From Pavona decussata (lineage: Eukaryota), in the NCBI GenBank assembly GCA_977016875.1, contig CDRNST010000123.1, forward strand, positions 3,720,001 through 3,784,000: a stretch of DNA of 64,000 nt. The letters run 5' to 3'. The notes under the pieces are model-generated. The model saw only the letters and a program-made list of their open reading frames with translations. It was not told the origin of the DNA and did not search any database. Below are positions 36,566 to 45,492 of this stretch, piece after piece (positions within the stretch are counted from its first letter, which is position 1; each line of letters starts with the position of its first letter). Both the position numbers and the translations under genes were made by a program.

Positions 36566-38578
36566 ATGGCGGCTTCCGCAACTATCATGATTAATTCACC
36601 ACAGTTTAGCAGAGTTTTGGAACAAATGGATGTTGTGGAGGCGAAGGTAAACAACGGAATAAAGAAGACTACGGACTTACCGATTCCAACTCCGTCGATT
36701 GAAGTCACATGCTTCGATGACGATACATACAATAAAAACATGAAAAAAAAGTTGGAAGATCCTAATTGGAAAGAAGCGGAGGGAACTTTTACGACCCCGA
36801 GCAAGGTGGCAGCAAATGATACGCTAGCGCCCAAGCAAAACAGTGAAGAAGAATGTGGTTTCTCTGATCATAGTAGCAGCGATGACGATGCGTTTAATAC
36901 AAACGCTCTCTCATCTGGAGATGAAAATGCAGTTGTAAAGAGTGGTCGCCATGCAAGTAAGAAAAGCAAGTCCTCACGAAAAGGCTCTAACCGAAACACA
37001 ATTTCGTCAAAAGTTACAAACAGAAAGATTATATCAACAAAGGTGGAGAACAACGACGCAATAAATAAAGAAAGCGCGGCGGCCGGTGCAGTTGATCAGC
37101 TTAAAGCCGGTGCACCAAAAACTGCGGGAAGACAACCCTTGAATGGCTCATGCGATTTACCGCAGCGTTCAGACGTTGCAACAAGTCCTTCCTCTGCGAG
37201 GCGAAGATATACCGTTTGTTCATTTCCTAATGAAAATGACAGTTATGTGCATCAGAGCAATTCAGTACTAAAAAATCGAAAAGCGAGTGCTCCAGGAATT
37301 AGCATACAAAACAGTCGGTCGCTAACAGGCGACAAAAAACCGTCATACGAACTGATTATGAACAGAAAGAAAACTGAACGAATCGATTTGTCACTCAAAG
37401 TCGACTCGACGACAAGTTCTGCGCAGTCAAACCAACTTAAAAAACGAGCGTCAACATACGGACCTGAAAGAACTGAAAGGAATGGTCACACTTCCGACGA
37501 AACTTTGTCCTCAGGCGAAGGTTTCCTAATGCACGACGTTGATCGCCGAACTAATAACGGCAGCTTAACTGCTACTGTTGGATCCCCTCCAAAGTCTTCT
37601 GGAGAGGCCTTTTTTAAGTCGCGCAAAATCTCCGATAACAGTATATCTATACTAAAGGATGCTGGGGTAATTCCAAAGAGAAGCCCTTCCCCAAGGAGGC
37701 GAATTTCTACACCGATGATGCAAGGCGCAAATTTAACATCTTTGGATATCAAAGAGAATCGTCGCCCTCTGGGTAGGTCCCAGAGTGATCTGAAATCGGA
37801 AAGTGGCGCGATCATAAAAGCAAGTTCAAACCTCGATTCCCCACCACAGAGGCGTAAATTAAGCGCCCCGAAACCACCACCTGGAGTGAAGCCAACTCAA
37901 TTAGGCATTGGGGTGAACCCCTCTCTGAGCAAGTCCGAAACAGATCTTCGTAAGCTTGTGTCGCAGGAAGAAGATGCGGGAGAGAAAAGAGGGCTGAGTA
38001 TGTGCACCCCTCCACGCACGCGTAAATTCGGGGAGGTGAAAACTGGTTCGTCTCTTGGTATCAGCGGTAGACCTTCTTTGAGCAAGTCAGAAACTGATAT
38101 ACGCAAACTTATATTGGAGGAAGAAGGGAGAGACATGAGCTTGTGCAGCCCCTCAGCTCAATCTCCACGCTTGCGTCGATCAAGTACTTCTCGACAGCAG
38201 CCCACATCAGAAACTGGTGCGGGCCCTTGCCCATTGTCTCCTCGAGAGGAACGCAAAATTTATCTTGCAGCCGCAAAGACAGAGGCGCGTCTTCCTATAA
38301 GAGCTAAGAATAGAAACGACCTGCAAGCTTCTTCTCAGCTTATTATCGATCAGGCAGAAAAAGAGTTGGATGAACTGAGTGATCGCTTGCCGCATATCTC
38401 GATGGAAGAAGTAATGAAAAGCTGGCAGACCGATCGGAGGCATTGGAACATGGTATCAACTGTTGTTAACCCGCATGGAGAAGGGAACGCTTCTAAGACA
38501 AACATGGAGGCCGTGAAGGATTGCAGATACATACGAGAATCAGTGGTAACGACGAGGAAGAAAAAGAAATCTGCTTAA
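36566..38578 (+). CDS. Uncharacterised 670-aa disordered S/R/K-rich protein (cluster gene C)
   Basis: 2-kb ATG-initiated ORF; PSIEVT, many RRxS/RKxS sites, duplicated PSLSKSETD(L/I)RKL, LPHISMEEVMKSW and MEAVKDCRYIR motifs. Confidence 0.9.
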   Translation: MAASATIMINSPQFSRVLEQMDVVEAKVNNGIKKTTDLPIPTPSIEVTCFDDDTYNKNMKKKLEDPNWKEAEGTFTTPSKVAANDTLAPKQNSEEECGFSDHSSSDDDAFNTNALSSGDENAVVKSGRHASKKSKSSRKGSNRNTISSKVTNRKIISTKVENNDAINKESAAAGAVDQLKAGAPKTAGRQPLNGSCDLPQRSDVATSPSSARRRYTVCSFPNENDSYVHQSNSVLKNRKASAPGISIQNSRSLTGDKKPSYELIMNRKKTERIDLSLKVDSTTSSAQSNQLKKRASTYGPERTERNGHTSDETLSSGEGFLMHDVDRRTNNGSLTATVGSPPKSSGEAFFKSRKISDNSISILKDAGVIPKRSPSPRRRISTPMMQGANLTSLDIKENRRPLGRSQSDLKSESGAIIKASSNLDSPPQRRKLSAPKPPPGVKPTQLGIGVNPSLSKSETDLRKLVSQEEDAGEKRGLSMCTPPRTRKFGEVKTGSSLGISGRPSLSKSETDIRKLILEEEGRDMSLCSPSAQSPRLRRSSTSRQQPTSETGAGPCPLSPREERKIYLAAAKTEARLPIRAKNRNDLQASSQLIIDQAEKELDELSDRLPHISMEEVMKSWQTDRRHWNMVSTVVNPHGEGNASKTNMEAVKDCRYIRESVVTTRKKKKSA

Positions 38579-39179
38579 AAAATTTAAAAAATGAGTATTT
38601 TTTGGTTAGCTTTATTAAGTAGTAATTCGACGGCATGCCATCGTTCAGACAGTTAATGGCGGTTGAAGCTATCAACGGATAAAAACCAAGGGCAAATGGC
38701 ATTAAGCTTTTCTTCTTGTCCTAGAATAAGTCAGATGCCAGGTGGAAACGATCACGATCTGCCAAAGTTTTTTTTTTCCCAAAGACTTGTAAAAGATGAA
38801 CTATTTGCGTTTTTTCAATGGAGCTCTTTGTTGTTCGATAGACAATCAGCGCTATTACGGTTAGAGTTTGCTTCTTTACTAGAGAGAAGAGAGAAGGGAG
38901 GTAGCAACTCCCCTTCTCCCCCCTCCCCCGCGGCCCGGGAAACTCAGGGCAAACAGAGTCTCTACGTAACCAACCAGATTTCAGATTGTAAAGCTTTGTA
39001 ATTACGAAAAATCCCACAGATAACTTGCTACAATAATGACCACAGTATTACAATAAAAAAAAATATCAGTATTTTTGCAGAATGAGTCGAAATGAGATTT
39101 CCTCCTCGATCTCCAAAACCCAGAGGAGTGGGTAAGGGTGAGGAACAGGTGCAAGAGGCTCCCGGCGGCCTGTTTTGTT

Positions 39180-39349
39180 AATTCAAAATATTATAAAATT
39201 GACACTGTAAGATATTTTAAACCGACGTTTCGGCAATGCTGCCTTCTTCAGGGTACAAAACTATACCGTATTGTACCCTGAAGAGGACAGCATTGCCGAA
39301 ACGTCGGTTTAAAATATCTTACAGCGTCAATTTTATAATATTTTGAATT
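39180..39349. ncRNA. Palindrome with two inverted minimal type I hammerhead-ribozyme motifs (Penelope-type)
   Basis: Minus strand 39221-39254: ACC CUGAAGA A GGCA-GCAU-UGCC GAAA CG UC GGU; plus-strand copy 39275-39308. Confidence 0.6.
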
Positions 39350-40100
39350 CACATTTATTAACTACGCTGCGCAGTATTACAATCTTTATAACACAGGTTT
39401 GTTTTGTTAGTTTGTTTGTTTATGATAGCAATCACCAATGAACTGTAACCCTCGTTTTCACCCTAACCCAACCATAACCTAGCCTCCTACGAATACTTTC
39501 TTTGTCTCATGGGAGGAGTGGGTGACGTGATGAGCCAAGCCGGGAAGCTAAGCATCGCCCTGACTCCTCTAGCCCATTCCTGCCCTATAATCTAACCGGC
39601 CCCCTTGCCTCAGTAACATTTAGTTATTGCGTATGATAAATTTAAATCCCCCCTCCCGGAATTCAAATGCGTCTGCCAGTGCGTGAAACTGGTTCGGTAA
39701 GAGTAATTACCCAGGGTCTCTCGCTTTCTTATAGTAAACTTTTGCTCATGAAAATCCGTTCCAACCGACTAACTGCACCTGGGTCTCCGACCGGGATGAA
39801 GCAGCTAAAGCTCCACGACCTTTTTTATGTTGACCTATGCGCTGGTGCACATAACCCTTCTACCATGGGGTAATAGCGAAATTATAAGGCTTTGTATGGA
39901 GGAAAAGAATCCTACCTGAAGGCAACTAATGAGTTTTTGAACAGAAATTTCTCACCTGAACTCCTTTCTCTACTGTTCATTGCATGGTCTATTTTATGTC
40001 TTGTGTTTTTGTGTTGATTTAAAGCGATCTTTTTAATCGTGGCTTGGAGATTTTAAGGGCTGGCCGTTGGGACCGTCTTTCCCTAGGAAACAAAAATGGT

Positions 40101-40120
40101 CCGGGGGGGGGGAAACTCCC

Positions 40121-40154
<34 letters not shown>

Positions 40155-40257
40155 TAGGGGTGTAAATTTTGGATTTTGGTCTCGCTTAGGGTGTTCCGGG
40201 CAAAGTGCCAATATTTTAAGCCGCCAAGGTCTCGTTAAGGGTTCCGCGAACAAACAA

Positions 40258-40290
<33 letters not shown>

Positions 40291-40491
40291 TTTTTAACTT
40301 GTTTTGTTTTCCGCATTACCTCTGTGATTATAAATCAAAGATTTCTGTTAAGATTTTTGTGTTTTTAAGTGGTCTCCGTAAGGGGTCAAAATTTGCTTAA
40401 GCCAAGCCCAGATTGGTCTCCTTTAGGGGTTAAATTCAAAATTTCCGACGAGCATCCCCGTCTGTTCCATATGGGAGTCCCTCCCCCCGGG
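40101..40491. mobile_element. MITE with (C)CCGGG termini and 9-bp TSD (MULE-like)
   Basis: TIR CCGGGGG..ACTCCCATATGAAACAGACGGGGATGCTCGTCG; flanking AAAAATGGT at 40092-40100 and 40492-40500. Confidence 0.8.
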
Positions 40492-40563
40492 AAAAATGGT
40501 CTCAAATCAGCAAAAGAAGCAAACAGGCAATAGGCAATACACCTTAGAAGCAAGAATGCGGCA

Positions 40564-40608
40564 ACCATGGACAGCTGTTTCGAGCAGGTTGGCTCTCGTC
40601 AGCACAGT
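40564..40608 (-). ncRNA. Minimal type I hammerhead ribozyme (inverted partner copy)
   Basis: ACUGUG CUGACGA GAGC-CAACCU-GCUC GAAA CAGCUG UC CAUGGU on the minus strand. Confidence 0.75.
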
Positions 40609-40640
40609 GTAGGACAGCAAAAAGTAGAACACCATGCTAC

Positions 40641-40687
40641 ACCGTGCTGACGAGAGCCAACCACAGCTCGAAACAGCTGTCCACGGT
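40641..40687 (+). ncRNA. Minimal type I hammerhead ribozyme
   Basis: ACCGUG CUGACGA GAGC-CAACCACA-GCUC GAAA CAGCUG UC^CACGGU: complete core, 6-bp stem I, 4-bp stem II, palindromic stem III; predicted cleavage after C40681. Confidence 0.8.
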
Positions 40688-43600
40688 TGCCGCATTCTGT
40701 TGATTCTCGGTTTGCTGTCGTATTAAGTTTTCTGCGCAGTCCGATCTGCCTTGCAGAAATTTGAGTCATTTATATTTTTGGCTGATTAGATCTTTTACAG
40801 ATCCTGCGTATACTTGCAGCATTTTCGTCTGCGGTCCCCTTGCTTATTGTTTGTACCTCCTAAACCCGAATGTAAATATTCCCATACAAACTCTCATATT
40901 TTCGCCGTGGCAGCTATTATGCAAGATGACCATCGCTCACAGCTTGAGCTTGGGTCGCCTGTGAGCCGAATCACTTCAAGATCAACCCGAAAACACCACA
41001 CAAGATACAAAGTCATACAAAAAAAAAAAAAATAGCAGCAGATGGAGTTCAGGTAAGAAACTGTCGACTCAAAAAATCATGCGTAATTTTGCCTTTAAGT
41101 ACCTTACAACTTCACTATTACGCAATGATGACCAATGATTAACGTGACCATTGTGCCTAAATAAAAGTTATCGGTCAAATTACGCGACACTAGCGCCATC
41201 AGACTATAAAGGACACTTCTGGTTTCCTTTCCTACCCGTTAGCCGTATTTTCATTTGGGTCGAAGAGTTGCGTGACGGCAATTGCGCGACTAAATTTCTT
41301 TGTGTTCTTTAGGATGTTTGGGTATCAATCCTGGTTTCCATGGTTCTCTCTTCTTCTTGCGCCTGGTACAGGGAAGAAGAGAGAGACCGTACGGACACTT
41401 CATTGGAGCATCATTTCGTCTCCGTCGTATCGACAGCTCGTTTTCGGAAGCATCGATGGATGGCAATTTGCAGCTTGCTGTATTTCATAAAAACTCAGTT
41501 GCTATTACAAATTCGTCACATTCTCAACCTCTAGCAAAATTCCCAAATCTCCTCCGGTTGAAGAACCGATACCGCGGAAATACCATTGAATAACAAAGTA
41601 AAACAAATCAGTCAGGCCGTAGACCCGGCCCGCGCTTATTTTTCATCCCACGTATTTGTTGGAAGTTAAATAGGGAGACATCTATATGAATAAAACTTGA
41701 ATGAAAGTTTGATGACGCACCTTTGTTGTTGTTGTTGTCCACGTCTATTCTGGTCTATTTTGGCGGCCAAAGCTGCCAAAGAGATAAAGTGGTAAACGGA
41801 TTTCTCGTAATATTCCCAGCGCGCGCATAGAATTCCGAAGATTTCCGAAGCAAACTCGGCCCCATTCTTCCTCACAATATTCGCTTCATGGCTACGTCCG
41901 CCGCAACAAAGATAATAAACCTTTTAAAAATTCTCCTTTAATTTATCGAGCACCGATGAACAATGACTTTTCTTGTTCGGTATAGAGAGAGGATAGCCTA
42001 TATCAGAAGACAAACAGGTCCGAACGACACATCATCAGTTTTCAGTCTGAGTTTCACGCGGCTGAGAAAACTGACTCAGCAGCCCGAAACAGAAGAGGGT
42101 AGCCTGTTTTCAGTTTTTTATAGTCTGCCAGAAAAGATTTTGTTTCACGCGGCGTATTAAAAAAACCGGAAAAGGCGACTGTACACTTTCTGTTTCATCG
42201 ACAGCCGATTTCATACCCTCCCTCGTAGACGCTCTTTTGGATTGTCAGGCAAAAACAATCCTTCCTCCCCAACGTTGGGGAGGAAAGATTGCGTGACGAA
42301 CCAAAAGAGGGAGGCTACCGATTTCACTGCGCGTGCATAGATGATTCGCTTGCATTGACGCGTTATGATTCGCCCATTTATTGGACAGTGGAGGAGGAAT
42401 TTTCCCATAAAACACTTACACATATTTCACGAAGGTAAAGACTTAATCCCTGAAATATCAACATATATATCCACAAAGACAAACATTTAGTCTCCTTCAA
42501 CATTTTCTGTGCATGGGCAACTTGTTTGAACAAGTGAATCATGGCGAGAGAATTATGCATGTATTTGGGTTAGGCTACACACTGCTCTGAGATCCTTCTG
42601 TTTTCCATTGCACACTTTTCTGACTTTTAACCTAGTTTCCATATCATTCATTTGATCTGTCAAATGCCACGCAGGCTGTCTTCGCATACGAAGCCCTCGC
42701 CTGGTTACGTTCAGGGATCTGCTTGGAACGACGCTGCCACTAAGACAAAAGAAGGTAACCGCCTTCACGGGGTGTGTTTTTTAATAGGCGATTTAAAGAC
42801 ATCACAAAAGCGAAATTTAGCTGAGTGGGAAGTCAAATACACCACACCCGTCCTGCCGGCCGAAAACAAAGCGACGGCCGCCCACGCATTACCTCCACAA
42901 AAGCCTTTTTTTCTTTTTTAAATTCGCGCAGATCCGATTAACTTCTGTCAGTGTAACTTTGAGCGGATCACAAGAGGGAATCAGTCAGTAAAAGAACTTA
43001 TCCAAGAAAACAGTACGTAAGTTTTTTTAATATAAGCTATTTGTAGTTTCGATCTTCACGAGTGTGCCTATCAGTTGGGCATTAAATTACCTGAACGTTG
43101 GAGTCATGTCCACGATTTTCTCGACCTCTGACACGTACACAGCAAACACTGATGTCAGCAACAATTCAGTTTGACACTATCAATATTCTTTTGGGATTTT
43201 TGGGGGAAACATAAACGAGAATCTGACATCGTAAAATGTTTTAGCTCCGGATTATGTTGGCAGAGCTGTTCTTAAGACTGGAACAGATTCGTTTGGACAG
43301 CTGTTTGGACAGTTTACCAGACACTTGTAAATTTTCAAAATGTTCGTCGCCTTGTCACGAAGAATTTTGCTACCGACTGAAAAACTTTTTAAAGTAACAT
43401 TTTCCAAAGTCAAGTGTATGCCCACAACTTCTTGAGATGAGACAAACCAGATTAATTAGCAACAAACAAATCAATATTTTTGGTCGACACGGTAATACAA
43501 CCCTCGAAACCAGCCGAGCACATTTTTTCGTACCCGACAAGCGTACATCATGTTTTTGCCTTTATTGGCTACGCATCAAAGGGTCGTTTTTGTCAGCCTG

Positions 43601-44247
43601 GTTATCGAACGATAAAAAAATGCCACCGTGAAATTTAATTTTGTCTCGTTTTGTTTCTTTTTACTGTGGAAATTCATGCCGGATATTCTTCTGATACAAA
43701 TTTACATACCCTTTCTCCCGGCTTGCAATTGCGAAATTAGTTTGGTGCGGTGTATGCAGTAACCACTTTTTTCAACCGGAACTACAAAGTGTTTATTTGA
43801 CACGTACAATTTCACGCTTCACTTTTCATTAAAGCGTCATTAATTTAACTGGATTACTTAAATCAAGATTCTGGTTAGAATCGTGTGTAAGTTTAGTCAC
43901 AGATGTGTCAATATTTGGATTTTGCAAGATAGTTTGTTGACACAACAAGGGCGTAATTGCTTGCTGTAACCTAAAATAGCAGCGGAAACATTCTAGAAAC
44001 GACTGAAATAATCGAATGTTTGAATCCTTATGTCATATCCGCTAAGAATAAAATAGCAACCCATCTCATCGTGTATTTAAGTATTCGGCAAAACGCTAGC
44101 AGAGCAACTAGATTGGAAACGCTTACTGTGCGAGAAATCGGCGAAGAAGGAAATTTACGCATTCAAGGACTGTGTTTAGTTTAGATTGTGATCGGATTGT
44201 GATCTTTACCATTTCAGGACCACCGATTGAAGGATTACAAGAAAATC

Positions 44248-45492
44248 ATGACACAGCCACTGATTTCTGTGACATCACCGCGGGAAACTCATGAGAAAAC
44301 GATATTTTTTCCGCTTGGAGGAAAAGTGGTCATGAAAAGATCAGTTGCATCGCGGTCTGGAGAACAACAACAAACAAACATCATAATCTTCAACGACATA
44401 GCATCGAGAGTTGTAAACACGAGTAGCACGCCTGATTTGTCTCGCGTGAAATCAGATATTAGACGATCTGACACATTCAACATCATCGGTCATCACGTGT
44501 CAAACAAAGAAAATCTGCTGGATTATGATGATCGGAATAGGCACGTCATCACAACACGGTACGGTTCCGCGAGGCGGAGCACGACTCGTGAGCGCGAACA
44601 CGTTTTGCCCGTTATTTTGAACATGTCTGGCAGCAAAACGCAGGCGAAGAAGGTAAACATAGCTCCTGGGTCCTTGCGTGTCCAGGGAAAGGATGGCAAA
44701 CAATCTTTAAGTTTAACACCAACCCGTGATAAAAAATTGGCCGGCTATACTGCGGGACACAAAAATGACAACATCACGGGCATTCCTGCAGGCGTGTCTA
44801 CAGTTCACGGTTCACGTTCGCCAAAGATCACATCGAAGGAAGGATCGCCGAGACATTTTGTCGAAGGTAAAGCTATTGGCAAGCCTACTGCAGCTGGTTC
44901 AACGGAGGAGAAGAGGTCAAAATTTAATCACGCAATGTTGTATGTGAAGGATAGCGAACATAGTGAAAGGCACTCAAAGCGAGTTTCACCTGGTCTGCCG
45001 CTTGAGCAAACAGCTGAAAAATCTCCTACGGTGGACGCAAGGAGAAGCGTGAATCACACTGCAACAAACCCTAAAGGGTTAGGATCGGGGCGAAAGGCGA
45101 GAACTCCAAGTAAGGTTACGCCGAACGCATCTCCAGCAGCGCTCTCCAGGAGAAATGACGAATCACGCCAGCAGAGTTTGCAGGATCGTGTTCAAGAACT
45201 GGAGTTGCCAAAAGTGACCATGACCGAGGTACTTCAGTCATGGAATATCGGGACACCTTCGCGAACCAGATCCACAAGCCTCGCAGGAAAAGATCCCATG
45301 GAATTTCTACGATTAAGGGAGAGATCGGACTCAGATCCGAAACAGAGAACGACGACGGTGGAAGAACTCCGACGGTGTCGATATTTACGGACGGGCGGAA
45401 AAGATGATCACGAAATGCACGCTAAATTTTGTTCCTGTAATTCATGCGAGCACGTAGAAGGGTTAAAGAGCACGCCGTACTTGAATTCTTAG
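44248..45492 (+). CDS. Uncharacterised ~414-aa disordered protein (cluster gene D)
   Basis: First ATG at 44248, just after a splice acceptor TTTCAG (44217). PLISVT, LPKVTMTEVLQSW, VEELRRCRYLR and a C-terminal HxxHxxxCxCxxCxH. Confidence 0.85.
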   Translation: MTQPLISVTSPRETHEKTIFFPLGGKVVMKRSVASRSGEQQQTNIIIFNDIASRVVNTSSTPDLSRVKSDIRRSDTFNIIGHHVSNKENLLDYDDRNRHVITTRYGSARRSTTREREHVLPVILNMSGSKTQAKKVNIAPGSLRVQGKDGKQSLSLTPTRDKKLAGYTAGHKNDNITGIPAGVSTVHGSRSPKITSKEGSPRHFVEGKAIGKPTAAGSTEEKRSKFNHAMLYVKDSEHSERHSKRVSPGLPLEQTAEKSPTVDARRSVNHTATNPKGLGSGRKARTPSKVTPNASPAALSRRNDESRQQSLQDRVQELELPKVTMTEVLQSWNIGTPSRTRSTSLAGKDPMEFLRLRERSDSDPKQRTTTVEELRRCRYLRTGGKDDHEMHAKFCSCNSCEHVEGLKSTPYLNS

